A program made the position numbers and the translations under genes. From assembly GCA_964344575.1 (NCBI GenBank), contig CAYFOA010000020.1, positions 691 to 64,690 on the forward strand: 64,000 bases of DNA, written 5' to 3'. Under the pieces are notes generated by a model. It did no database searches and had not been told where the DNA came from. It worked only from the letters and a program-made list of their open reading frames with translations. This document shows, piece after piece, positions 17,332-26,875 of the stretch; the stretch's first letter is position 1, and each line of letters begins with the position of its first letter. The stretch is from an uncultured Rickettsiales bacterium (lineage in GTDB: Bacteria > Myxococcota_A > UBA796 > UBA9615).

Positions 17332-19140
17332 ATGTCGAAGCGAAGCCTCCTCCTCATGCTGTCGGGCGCGCTCTGCGCGACGCCCGCGTGGGCCGGCGGC
17401 GGGGACCCGACGCCCGACGCGTTCACCATCGACCCGGCGATGACCGTCCACCTCAGCACCCAGGGGCTCGAGGCGCTGGGCGACTCGATCGCGGGCGTGC
17501 TCCCCACCGGCATCGCCGTCACCGGCCTGTCCGGCGAGGTCGACTGCGACGAGGAGGAGGAGGGCGTCCTCAGCTACTCGACCGACGACATCCAGATCAA
17601 CCTCTTCACCGAGACCGTGCACCTCGTCCCCGAGGCGGACTCGCTCAACGTCGCCCTGACGATGACGCTGTGGAGCGAGCCCGCGGCGATCACCACGGCC
17701 GGGAACTGCATCGTCGACCTCGACGAGACGTGCACGCTGTCGCTCCCCCCGACCGCGCTCGACGTGGCCGTCGGCATCGACCTCATCCTCGAGAACGGCC
17801 AGCTCAACGCGCAGGTCGGCGAGCTGACGTTCGAGCACGGCAACTTCGGCAACCCCGTGGGCACCGGCTGCGTGCTCGGCGACGCGCTGGAGACGATGCA
17901 GGGCTACGGCGTCGACCTGATCGGGACGATCCTCGACTCGGTCCTCGACGAGCAGATCGCCGAGCTGGAGACCCAGCTGGAGGACGCGATCGGCGGCCTC
18001 ACCGGCGCGCTGGACCTCGGCGGCGAGCTCGACGTCCTCGGCACGCCGCTGGTCTACGACATCGAGGCGACGGGACTGGACATCAGCAGCACCGGGGTGG
18101 AGCTCCGCTTCAGCTCCGTGTTCAGCTCGCCCACCTACGGCACGTGCGTCCCGAACGACTCCGGGCCCTACCTCGCGTCCTCCCACGACGCGCCCCTGAT
18201 CACGGGCCTCATCCCCGACACGACGGTCCCCTACCACCTCGGGATCGTGGTCAACGAGGACATGATCAACCAGGCGCTGTACGCGGCCTGGCAGGGGGGC
18301 GCGCTGTGTCTCCAGCTGGCGGACCTCGCCGCGATCGAGCTCACCACCGACTACCTCGGCCTCGTCGAGGAGGACCTCGTCGCCGAGCTGTGGCCCGAGC
18401 CGAAGCCGCTCGACGTCCGCGTCGTCCCCGTCGGCCCGCCGGTCGTCGACTTCGGCGCCGGCCCGGGGCTCACGGCCCAGCTCGACATCGACGTCTACGG
18501 CGACGAGCTCGACCGGGACACCCGCTTCTGGAGCAACGGCGTCTACGCGGACGCCGGCTTCGACCTCCTCCTCGAGGACGGCACGCTCCTGATCGACCTC
18601 GACTTCGACCTCCAGTCCCACCTCGGCATCACCGTCTCGTACAACGAGTGGCTGCCGTCGGACATCCCCGAGGGGTTCGCGTCGCTGCTGCCGGACCTGG
18701 TCGGCGCGGCGCTGGACCTCGAGTCGCTGGTCCCCGAGTTCACGCTCCCCGCGATCTACGGCATCGGGCTGTCGGACCTCGACCTGCGGGCCGTGGGCAA
18801 CGAGTCGGACTACCTCGGGGTGTACGCCTGGGTGGACCCGTCGACGGCGACGCCGATCGAGATCGGACCCATCGAGCTGTCCGGGGTCGGCTGCGGGGAC
18901 ACCGACGAAGGCGGCGAGGTCACCATCCCCGGCTGCGACTCCGACGAGGAGGGGTGCGGCGGGGAGACCGGCTGCGGCGGCGACGAGGCCGGCGGCTGCG
19001 GCGACTGCAGCGGGGACGAGGACAGCTCCTGCGGCAGCTGCGCGGTCAGCGACGGCTCCATCGCCGGCTTCCGGCTGAACGCGTGGGGCGTGCTGTCGCT
19101 GCTCGTGCCGGCGGTGCTGGTCAGCCGGCGGCGCCGCTGA
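17332..19140 (+). CDS. Secreted protein with probable BPI/LBP (TULIP)-like fold and Cys-rich MYXO-CTERM-like anchor
   Basis: Signal MSKRSLLLMLSGALCATPAWA; VHLSTQGLEAL and NEDMINQALYAAWQGG resemble BPI/LBP segments; tail GC..C..CAVS...TM...SRRRR. Confidence 0.6.
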   Translation: MSKRSLLLMLSGALCATPAWAGGGDPTPDAFTIDPAMTVHLSTQGLEALGDSIAGVLPTGIAVTGLSGEVDCDEEEEGVLSYSTDDIQINLFTETVHLVPEADSLNVALTMTLWSEPAAITTAGNCIVDLDETCTLSLPPTALDVAVGIDLILENGQLNAQVGELTFEHGNFGNPVGTGCVLGDALETMQGYGVDLIGTILDSVLDEQIAELETQLEDAIGGLTGALDLGGELDVLGTPLVYDIEATGLDISSTGVELRFSSVFSSPTYGTCVPNDSGPYLASSHDAPLITGLIPDTTVPYHLGIVVNEDMINQALYAAWQGGALCLQLADLAAIELTTDYLGLVEEDLVAELWPEPKPLDVRVVPVGPPVVDFGAGPGLTAQLDIDVYGDELDRDTRFWSNGVYADAGFDLLLEDGTLLIDLDFDLQSHLGITVSYNEWLPSDIPEGFASLLPDLVGAALDLESLVPEFTLPAIYGIGLSDLDLRAVGNESDYLGVYAWVDPSTATPIEIGPIELSGVGCGDTDEGGEVTIPGCDSDEEGCGGETGCGGDEAGGCGDCSGDEDSSCGSCAVSDGSIAGFRLNAWGVLSLLVPAVLVSRRRR

Positions 19141-19576
19141 TCGGGACGATCACGGGCTCGCCGGCGTTCAGGCCGGCCGTCTTGACCTGGTCCAGCGTGT
19201 AGTCCGACAGGATCGCCAGCATCTTCATCCGGATCTCGTCCCACACCCCGACCTGGGTGCAGGCGCCGTGCAGCAGGCAGGAGTCGTCCCCGTCGTCCGA
19301 CTGGCACGGGACGAGGTTCCAGGGCCCCTCCACGATCTCCATCACCTGGCGGAACGTGATGTCCTCGGGGGCGCGGGCGATCTCGTAGCCGCCGCCCGGC
19401 CCGGTCTGCGAGCGGACGACGCCGCCGCGCACGAGCTCCTTCATGATCTTCGACAGGAACGCGCGCGGGATGGCCATGGTCTGGGCGAGTTCGTCGATGA
19501 GCACGCGGCGGCCGCGGTGGTGAGCCAGGTAGGACATCGCGCGCACCGCGTAGTCGGCTTTCCGGGAGACGTGCAC
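19121..19576 (-). CDS. Rrf2-family transcriptional regulator
   Basis: SRKADYAVRAM, FLSKIMKELVRGG...TGPGGGY, ITFRQVMEIVEG, three Cys (PC...SC...AC). Confidence 0.92.
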   Translation of the reverse strand: MHVSRKADYAVRAMSYLAHHRGRRVLIDELAQTMAIPRAFLSKIMKELVRGGVVRSQTGPGGGYEIARAPEDITFRQVMEIVEGPWNLVPCQSDDGDDSCLLHGACTQVGVWDEIRMKMLAILSDYTLDQVKTAGLNAGEPVIVPISGAAG

Positions 19577-19600
19577 GCCCGGAACCTAGCGTCGCGGACC

Positions 19601-20368
19601 CTACCCGTCGAGCCCCAGCTGATTCCGGACCGTCTCGCGATCGGACTCGAACTTGAGCGCGCTGAGCAGCGAGTCGAAGTTCTCGGGGTCGACGATGCGG
19701 GGGTGGAGGAAGACCAGGGCGTCGACGCGGTCGCGGCTGAAGCTGAACAGCTCGACGAGGCGGCTCGCCTGATCCGACGTGACCGTCGCCTCGGCCAGCT
19801 CGCGGGTGAGGACGTCCATCTTCCCCTCGGTGAACGAGACGCCGTCGATGGCGGTGATCAGCGCCCGGAACCGATCCGGGGCGAGGCCCGCGGGCTCGTC
19901 CTCGGCGCCCCCGGGCGCCGCCGAGGCGTGCGCGGCGTCGGCCTCGACGAGCAGCCCCTCGGAGCGGAGCCACGCGCGCAGCTCGGTGTCCTGCTGGAGC
20001 TTGCCGACCTCCAGCAGGGCGGACTGCAGCGCCCGGCGGGCCTCGTCGAGCTCGGCCTGGGCCTTGTCGCGGTCGACGCCCTGCTCGCCGCTCGCGATCA
20101 GGATCTGGAGCGCGGCGATGCGGTCGAGCGCCTGGGACAGGAGGCGGACCGCCTCGTCGGCGGGGGTCACCACGGGGACGGCGGCCTCGTCCAGGGCCGG
20201 CGCCTCGGCGGCCGCGGGGGCCTCCGGCGCGGGGGCCGCGTCGGGCGTCTGGAGCTCGAACGGCAGCTCCGGGGTGTCCCCCTCGTCCTTCCCCTCGTCC
20301 TCCGCGAAGACGGCGACCGGGGCGGTGAGGACCGCGGCGATCAGCAAAGCTCGAATCGAAGTCATCAT
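19601..20368 (-). CDS. Exported DUF4476-like protein
   Basis: Signal peptide; C-terminal SFTEGK...VTSDQASRLVELFSFSRDRVDAL...IVDPENF...FESDR pattern. Confidence 0.7.
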   Translation of the reverse strand: MMTSIRALLIAAVLTAPVAVFAEDEGKDEGDTPELPFELQTPDAAPAPEAPAAAEAPALDEAAVPVVTPADEAVRLLSQALDRIAALQILIASGEQGVDRDKAQAELDEARRALQSALLEVGKLQQDTELRAWLRSEGLLVEADAAHASAAPGGAEDEPAGLAPDRFRALITAIDGVSFTEGKMDVLTRELAEATVTSDQASRLVELFSFSRDRVDALVFLHPRIVDPENFDSLLSALKFESDRETVRNQLGLDG

Positions 20369-20415
20369 CCCTCGCGCGACCAACTACAGCACTCCCGGGA
20401 CCCGTGCAAGCGAGA

Positions 20416-21558
20416 TCACCCCTCGACGGCGGCCCAGATCGCCTCCAGCGCGGGGGCCCGCGAGGCCCACGTGTGTTCCGTCAACGCTGACGCGCGAGCC
20501 TCCCCGCCCATTCGATGGGCCCCCTCCGGATCGGTGAGGAGGTCGAGGAGCGCGGCCGCGAAGGCGTCGACGTCGCCGTCGTCCACCACGCGTCCGGTGA
20601 CCCCGTCCTCGATCAGCGGGCCGCCCGTGCGGCAGGCGACGGTGGGGAGGCCGAGGGCCATGCCGTTGAGCAGCTTGACGGGGAAGCCGCGGCAGACGGT
20701 GCGGGGGACGGCGGCGACGGTGGCTTCGCGCGCGAGGGCGCGGACGCGGGGCCAGGACGTCTCCGTGACGGCGTCGATCGCGATCCCTTGGCGGGCGGCC
20801 TGCGCGACCGTCGGGCCGAGGTCCGCCGAGGAGACGAGCCGGAGCCGGGCCGAGGGGAGCTGGCGGACGACGGACGCGAACGCGGCGAAGAGGATCGGGA
20901 GGTCCTGGTAGGCGTCGGGGTTGCCGAGGTAGACGACGGTCGGCGGGCCGTCGGGGATCGCGGGCTCCTCGGGGAAGTCCTCGGGGTGGATGGCGGGGGG
21001 CAGGAAGTGGGCGCGATCGGGGGGGACGCCGAGGCCGATGTGGGCGACGCGGGCGGCGTCGGAGATGCAGACGACGCGGTCGGCGGCGCGGGGGACGGTG
21101 GCGTCGAGGAAGCGTGCGGCCCGAGCGGCGACGTCCTGCGCGAAGCGACCCCCGACGTAGAGGTGGAGCTCGTCCTCCATGAGGTTGTGCGAGTGGTAGA
21201 GGACGGGCACCCCGGTGAGCCGGCGGACGGCGTACGCGGCCAACGGCGCCTCGTAGTTGTGGGCCTGGATCAGCGCCGGACGGACCTCCCGGACGACCTC
21301 GAGGAGCTTCCTCGTCAGCAGCGCGTCGAGCAGCGGCTTCGACCACGCCGGCCCCGCCCGCAGCTTCCGGTAGCCGGGCACGCCGCCGGCCCGATGCAGG
21401 GTCCCCGCGTCGTCCTCGACCCCCTCCTCGCCGAACGAGTACGCGACGACGTGGACCTCGTGCCCCCGCGCCGCCATCGCCCGCACGAGTCCCCGCACGT
21501 AGACCTGGGTGCCCTGCGTGGTCGGGTACGGGCACGCCACAACCTGGACGACCTTCAT
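20416..21558 (-). CDS. Glycosyltransferase family 4 (GT-B)
   Basis: MKVVQVVACPYP..QGTQVY, IQAHNYEA, GFPVKLLNGMALGLPTVA. ATG 21558 overlaps the upstream stop. Confidence 0.88.
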   Translation of the reverse strand: MKVVQVVACPYPTTQGTQVYVRGLVRAMAARGHEVHVVAYSFGEEGVEDDAGTLHRAGGVPGYRKLRAGPAWSKPLLDALLTRKLLEVVREVRPALIQAHNYEAPLAAYAVRRLTGVPVLYHSHNLMEDELHLYVGGRFAQDVAARAARFLDATVPRAADRVVCISDAARVAHIGLGVPPDRAHFLPPAIHPEDFPEEPAIPDGPPTVVYLGNPDAYQDLPILFAAFASVVRQLPSARLRLVSSADLGPTVAQAARQGIAIDAVTETSWPRVRALAREATVAAVPRTVCRGFPVKLLNGMALGLPTVACRTGGPLIEDGVTGRVVDDGDVDAFAAALLDLLTDPEGAHRMGGEARASALTEHTWASRAPALEAIWAAVEG

Positions 21559-23147
21559 CCGAGGTAGCCCAGGCTCTGGAGGCGTCGCGCGAGGGCTTCG
21601 GGATCTTCGGACGGGGGGGGATCGTTGACGGCGGCGGCTCGGCCCGCCGAGAGGTCGTCGAGCGAGTGGCCGGCCGCCTCCAGCCACGTCGGGAGAACGT
21701 CGGCGATTTCCATCGTCCGGCGACCCGCTTCGACGCCCGGCGCGCTCAGGAAGTAGATGCCGTCGCGGCGGTGCGACCCGCTCATGCCGCCGCCCTTGCG
21801 GCCGCGCCATTGCGACCTCGGGAGGCGCGCGTTCGGGGGGTCGCCCGGGCGGGACGGCAGGACGCAGTAGGAGTAGCCGCCGGGGGTCTCCAGCTCCAGC
21901 CACAGGTCCGGGCCGCGCGCCGCGCAGGGGCCCGGGTTGAGGTCCTCGTTGCGATGCACCGCGCGCACGACGCGGCCGCCGTCCGCGGGATCGCGCCAGT
22001 CGAGGAGGGCGCGCTCCAGGCGCTCGCGGACGTGGCCCGCCGCCTCCGGTTCGACGTTCAGCCGGACCGACGGTGCGTAGTCCAGCTCGTCGCTGAACGC
22101 CTCCGTCCGGACGAGGTCGATCGCCCCCCACCGGGCCCGCTCGTCGAGCCGCTCCAGCAGCCCCCGCGGCGCCCGCCGCAGCCCCGCCTCGAGCAGCTTC
22201 GCGGGGACCGCCCGCGCCACCGCCGCCCGGAGCGCCCCGGCCGTCCCCCCTCCCCCGTTCCACCGGAGGAACCCCTCCCGCGCCAGGAACGCGTTCAGGT
22301 GGAGCACCCGGTCCGACGCCCCGCCGAAGCCGTGGTCCGAGGCCACGATCACCGCGTCCCACCCCGGCCCCGCCTCCAGCAGCGCCCCGACCGCCTCGTC
22401 GAGCCGCCGGTAGACGGACCGGATCGCGTCGCCGTGCCGCTCCCGCAGCGTCGGGTCGTGGCGCGGGGAGCGCGGGTCGCAGACGTGCCAGAAGTGGTGG
22501 CTCGCCGTGTCCGCCTCGCCGAAGATGATGGCGAAGACGTCGTACGCCGGCCCGGCCTCGATCAGCGCCCGCGCGACCGCCTCCTTGTCGGCGATCCCCG
22601 CCAGCAGCGACGCGATCGCGGCGTCCTCCCAGCCCGGCCCCTTCCGGAGCTCCGAGAAGTCCGCGTACGTCAGATCGCGCCCTCCGAGGATCCGTCGCAC
22701 CCGGCCGTGCAGCCCGGGCGGGGCGTACGCCGAGGGCGGCACGGTCGTCGCCACGGGCGAGTCGAACCCGGAGATCTGGCCCCCCGTCAGCCGCTCCGGC
22801 GGCCACGTCGTGGGGAAGAGGAAGGTCCCCACGCGGAGCCCCCGGTCCGACAGCAGCCGCGGGATCGTCGGCACCGCCCGGTCCCGCGCGTCCACGAAGC
22901 GGAGGCGACCGTCCGAAGGGTCGCGCCGCACGAAGTCGAAGATCCCGTGGACGCCGACCCCCCGCCCGGTCAGGAACGACGACCACGCGGGCAGGGTCAT
23001 CGGCGGCAGGGTGCTCCGCAGGGGCCCGTGCGCCGACCGCTCCAGCAGCGACGCCAGCGCCGGCAGCTCGCCCCGCTCGATGCCTTCGAAGAGCAGCTCC
23101 GGGGTGGCCCCGTCGAGGCCGAGGATCAGCGTCCGCGGCAGCCTCAT
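21555..23147 (-). CDS. Alkaline phosphatase superfamily (type I phosphodiesterase/nucleotide pyrophosphatase-like) protein, cytoplasmic
   Basis: ILGLDGAT, LRSTLPPMTLPAW, DTASHHFW, ASDHGFG, GSHRRDG. Confidence 0.85.
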   Translation of the reverse strand: MRLPRTLILGLDGATPELLFEGIERGELPALASLLERSAHGPLRSTLPPMTLPAWSSFLTGRGVGVHGIFDFVRRDPSDGRLRFVDARDRAVPTIPRLLSDRGLRVGTFLFPTTWPPERLTGGQISGFDSPVATTVPPSAYAPPGLHGRVRRILGGRDLTYADFSELRKGPGWEDAAIASLLAGIADKEAVARALIEAGPAYDVFAIIFGEADTASHHFWHVCDPRSPRHDPTLRERHGDAIRSVYRRLDEAVGALLEAGPGWDAVIVASDHGFGGASDRVLHLNAFLAREGFLRWNGGGGTAGALRAAVARAVPAKLLEAGLRRAPRGLLERLDERARWGAIDLVRTEAFSDELDYAPSVRLNVEPEAAGHVRERLERALLDWRDPADGGRVVRAVHRNEDLNPGPCAARGPDLWLELETPGGYSYCVLPSRPGDPPNARLPRSQWRGRKGGGMSGSHRRDGIYFLSAPGVEAGRRTMEIADVLPTWLEAAGHSLDDLSAGRAAAVNDPPPSEDPEALARRLQSLGYLG

Positions 23148-23160
23148 CGCGCGGGCCCGG

Positions 23161-25158
23161 TCAGTCGCACAGCCCCTCGGCCACGTCGACGTACCCGAGC
23201 GACCGGAGCATCTCGCACGTCGCCGGGGAGACCTCCCCCTCGACCGTCGACCGGACCACCGCCTGCCCGCACCCCGCGGCCTGCAGGGCGTCGAGCTCGG
23301 TGCTCCGCCGATCGAGGAACGTGGCCGCGATCGGGTCGTCGGTGAGGTCGGTCTGCTCGCCGGGGTCCTGGGCGAGGAAGTACAGCTCCGTCTCCGGACG
23401 CGGCCACTCCGGCGGCCCCGCCTGGTTCTCGATCAGCTTCCACTCGGGGTCGCGCACCGCCCGGAGGGTGAACCCCTCGAACTCGGCCTCCGCCAGCGCG
23501 AGCCGGTCGCGCGGCTGCCTCAGCGCGTAGCCCCGCCGCATCGAGAACCCCTGCCACTGGGGGCCGTGGGGCGCGCCGGCGAGGTCGGCCAGCGTGGGGG
23601 CGATGTCGATCATGCGGACCTGGTCCTTCACCCGCGCGGGCGACTCGCCCGGGACGTGGATCGCCAGGGGCAGCCGGATCGCCTCGTCGTAGAGCCGGTT
23701 CCCGTGCCAGTAGCCGCCGTGCTCGAAGAACTCCTCACCGTGGTCGGAGGTCACCACCACGACCGTGTCCTCGGCCAGCCCCTGTGCCTCCAGCCAGTCG
23801 AGCAGCCCCCCGAAGTGCTCGTCCCAGTACGTCACCTCGCCCTCGTACAGAGCCTTGAGCGCGGGCGCCTCCGAGGCCGCGGGGTGGGGGTGCTCGACGC
23901 GGGCGTAGCCGGTGCCGTCGTAGGGGTGCGGGAAGTAGGGGTCGTGGGGGTCCATGTAGTGGACCATGAGGAACCACCGGGAGCGGCCGTGCCGGGTCAG
24001 CCAGCGCTGCGCCGCGGCGGTGACCTCCTCGCCGTCGCGGTAGTACCGCTCCACCTTCTTGCCGCGCGCGAGGAACCGCTCCGAGATCAGCCGCACGGCC
24101 TGGTACATGACCAGCCGGAACGACGCCTCCGACGCCCGGAAGGGGTACGCGGGGCGGAGGAACTCGAACGTGTCGAACCCCTGGTTGAAGCCCCACGAGG
24201 CGGTGACGTTGATGTTGTTGACGATCGCGCCCGTCGTGTAGCCGTGCAGCTGCAGCTGCTCGGGGAGCGTCTCCAGGGAGTCGGGGAGCGAGTCGGCCTT
24301 GCGGAAGGTCTGGTGGGTGCAGGGGACCGTGGACGTGAGCAGCGACGCGAACGCCGGACGGGTCCACGGCGACTGCCCGATCGCCTGCTCGTACAGCACC
24401 GACCGGCTCGCCCACGCGTCGAACTCGGGGGACGGGTTCCCGGGCGCGCCGTAGGCCCCGAGGGCGTCCGCGCGGAGCGTGTCGACGACCACGAGGAGCA
24501 CGTTCGGCCGGTCCTCCAGCGCCGTCGGCACGGGCCGCACGCTCACCTCGTTGGCCTGCCGGTTCTCCATGCACGTCCCCACCCCGAGGAGGAGCCAGAA
24601 GAGCAGCACCAGGCCGTAGACCTGCACCGCCCCCCGGGCCTCGTACAGGAACGAGAAGAAGGTCTTCGCGAGGGCGTTCCGGAAGACGACGTAGAAGACC
24701 CCCGAGAAGACCGCCAGCCCGAGGACGAGGCCGGCCGTCAGCGACGGCGGCGGCGGCGTCTCGCTGAAGAAGTCGCGCCTCAGGACGAACCGCCCGATCA
24801 GCAGCGACAACCCGATCGTCACCGCCAGGAACGACAGCGTCCACGCCCGCGCGGGCTCGGGGGGGCGGCGGCGGACGGCGGTGATCCCGGCGGCCCCCGC
24901 GGCCAACCCGCCCCCGAACGCGATGCCGATCAGGCCGTAGAGCAGGACCGCGTACACGAAGCCGGACCAGTCGTCCGTCGCCGCGGACCGGAAGTTGATG
25001 TACAGCGACTCGATCACGCCGACGAACGTGCCGCCCAGCATCGCCCCCAGGATCGGCGGCGGCACGGCCACGGCGAGCATCGACTTGAGCGACTGCTCCT
25101 CGGCGAGCTGGCGGCCCGCGCCGACGGGGCGGACGCGGGTGGCGAGGTGGTCAGTCAA
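23161..25158 (-). CDS. Membrane-anchored sulfatase-like hydrolase/transferase
   Basis: About 5 N-terminal TM helices; VVVDTLRAD, SPWTRPAF, HYMDPHDPY, TSDHGEEF.EHG. Start uncertain (TTG 25158 or ATG 25080). Confidence 0.85.
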   Translation of the reverse strand: MTDHLATRVRPVGAGRQLAEEQSLKSMLAVAVPPPILGAMLGGTFVGVIESLYINFRSAATDDWSGFVYAVLLYGLIGIAFGGGLAAGAAGITAVRRRPPEPARAWTLSFLAVTIGLSLLIGRFVLRRDFFSETPPPPSLTAGLVLGLAVFSGVFYVVFRNALAKTFFSFLYEARGAVQVYGLVLLFWLLLGVGTCMENRQANEVSVRPVPTALEDRPNVLLVVVDTLRADALGAYGAPGNPSPEFDAWASRSVLYEQAIGQSPWTRPAFASLLTSTVPCTHQTFRKADSLPDSLETLPEQLQLHGYTTGAIVNNINVTASWGFNQGFDTFEFLRPAYPFRASEASFRLVMYQAVRLISERFLARGKKVERYYRDGEEVTAAAQRWLTRHGRSRWFLMVHYMDPHDPYFPHPYDGTGYARVEHPHPAASEAPALKALYEGEVTYWDEHFGGLLDWLEAQGLAEDTVVVVTSDHGEEFFEHGGYWHGNRLYDEAIRLPLAIHVPGESPARVKDQVRMIDIAPTLADLAGAPHGPQWQGFSMRRGYALRQPRDRLALAEAEFEGFTLRAVRDPEWKLIENQAGPPEWPRPETELYFLAQDPGEQTDLTDDPIAATFLDRRSTELDALQAAGCGQAVVRSTVEGEVSPATCEMLRSLGYVDVAEGLCD

Positions 25159-26800
25159 CGTAGCCCAGGCCCCGGAGGCGCTCGGTCAGCTCGGCGGCGT
25201 CGCCGGCGGTGTGGTCGAAGGAGGCCTCCCCGTCGAAGCCGGCGGCCTCGACGTACCGGACGGGCGCCGTCGCCAGCCACTCCTCGGTGAAGGAGCCGGT
25301 CAGCACGCGGCCGTCGAGGTCGTCGGGGAGCGGCTCGCCGATCGCGTGGAGCACCGTGGGGGTGACGTCCCGGATGCGCGCCCCGTCGACGGCGACGCCC
25401 GCTGCGATGCCCTCGCCGTGCGCCATCCACACCCCTTCCATGCGATGGAACCCGTTGGCGGTGGCGCGGGAGTCGCGGAAGTGCTCCTTGGCGCCGAGCG
25501 TGGGGCGTCCCAGCACCGAGTAGTCGCGGCAGACGAAGAGCACGTCCGGCGCGTACTTCAGGTAGGGCCCCTCGTACAGCTCCTCGCGGTCCCACATCGA
25601 GTCCACCACCGGGGCGCCGTCGGGTCCCCGGAGGGCCGCCAGCTCCCGCTTGATCGTCGCCCGGACGTCGTCGTACTCCGCCTCCGTTCGCACGACGTCG
25701 CGGCAGATCAGGATCCCCTGGACCGGCACCGCGGGGAAGAACGCCTTCGTCTTGCTCCAGTCCACGGCGTCGGCGAGGTCGTTCTTGAAGCTGCTCCGCC
25801 CGCTCCGGATCTTCTGCCGGATGCCGTGCTGGACGCGGTCGGGGATCAGCGCCTTGACCGCGTGCGACTCGCCGATCTCCATCGCCCGGTAGAACGCTCG
25901 GCTGCGGAGCCGATTCCCCTTCTTGAGCACCAGCAGGCCGAGCGACTCGAGCCACGCGTTGACCTCGAAGTGGGTGTGCGTGGAGCCGAAGCCGTGGTCG
26001 CTGACCATGAAGAGGAGGAGGTCCGCGGGGCGCTCGTCGAGCAGCTTGACGAGCATGTCGTCGAAGCGGCGGTACATGCCCTCGATGCGGGGGCGGACCT
26101 CGGCGCTGTGGGGGTGATCGTCGAACCCCTCCCCCGTCGCCATGAACTTCCAGAAGAGGTGCCCGAGGCGGTCGTGGAAGACGAACGTGGGGAAGTAGAA
26201 GTCCCACGCCTCCTGCTCGTAGTAGCGCCAGAAGGCGTCGATGCGGGCGGCGAGCGAGGCGTCGAGGTCGTCCAGGAACGCCTTGGCGCCCTCGAGCTGC
26301 TCGACGTCGTACTTCGGGATGTCGACGTTGGTCCGGTACCCGGGGATCGCCTCGAGCAGCCGCTGTCCCTCGCCCTCGGGCCAGGCGAAGTCCCCGCCCC
26401 CCTCCGGCGCCATCATCCCGCACACGAAGACGCCGTCGACCTGCTCCGCGGGGTAGCTGACGGGGAAGTTGGTGACGCAGGAGCGGCGCCCGACGTCGCC
26501 GAGGAGGTTCCAGATCTTGCGCGACCGGATCGACCGCCCCGTGATCAGCGGCCGCCGCCGGTCCGCGTGGAACGACTCGCGGAAGTCGTAGACGCCGTGC
26601 TTGCCCGGGTTCTTGCCGGTGACGCAGGTGCTCCACGCCGGCGGCGTCGTGGGCGGGTTCGTCGACTCGAGGATCCCCGACGCCCCCTCGGCCCGCCAGC
26701 GGGCGAACCCGGGCATCAGCCCCCGCTCGCAGTAGCGGTCGAGCAGGTCGAAGGTCGCCCCGTCCAGCCCGAGGAGCAGCGCTCGTCGCTTGTTCGTCAT
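25151..26800 (-). CDS. Alkaline phosphatase superfamily (nucleotide pyrophosphatase-like) protein, cytoplasmic
   Basis: LLGLDGATF, LESTNPPTTPPAW, DRLGHLFW, VSDHGFG, GFHRMEG. Confidence 0.85.
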   Translation of the reverse strand: MTNKRRALLLGLDGATFDLLDRYCERGLMPGFARWRAEGASGILESTNPPTTPPAWSTCVTGKNPGKHGVYDFRESFHADRRRPLITGRSIRSRKIWNLLGDVGRRSCVTNFPVSYPAEQVDGVFVCGMMAPEGGGDFAWPEGEGQRLLEAIPGYRTNVDIPKYDVEQLEGAKAFLDDLDASLAARIDAFWRYYEQEAWDFYFPTFVFHDRLGHLFWKFMATGEGFDDHPHSAEVRPRIEGMYRRFDDMLVKLLDERPADLLLFMVSDHGFGSTHTHFEVNAWLESLGLLVLKKGNRLRSRAFYRAMEIGESHAVKALIPDRVQHGIRQKIRSGRSSFKNDLADAVDWSKTKAFFPAVPVQGILICRDVVRTEAEYDDVRATIKRELAALRGPDGAPVVDSMWDREELYEGPYLKYAPDVLFVCRDYSVLGRPTLGAKEHFRDSRATANGFHRMEGVWMAHGEGIAAGVAVDGARIRDVTPTVLHAIGEPLPDDLDGRVLTGSFTEEWLATAPVRYVEAAGFDGEASFDHTAGDAAELTERLRGLGYVD

Positions 26801-26820
26801 CGGCGTCGGCAATATGCCCC

Positions 26821-26858
26821 AAGAAGAGAGGGCCCGCCGGAAGCCGGCGGGCCCTCTC
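26821..26858 (-). terminator. Intrinsic terminator after the outer-membrane barrel gene
   Basis: Perfect 15-bp stem gagagggcccgccgg (26826-26840) / ccggcgggccctctc (26844-26858), 3-nt loop, followed by TTCTT on the minus strand. Confidence 0.85.
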
Positions 26859-26875
26859 CGATTCAGGCGCTCAGC

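Noticed and set aside
23161-25158. Formylglycine-dependent arylsulfatase
   Set aside because: Motif is SPWTRP, not C/S-x-P-x-R, and no maturation enzyme is recognisable; kept as sulfatase-like only.
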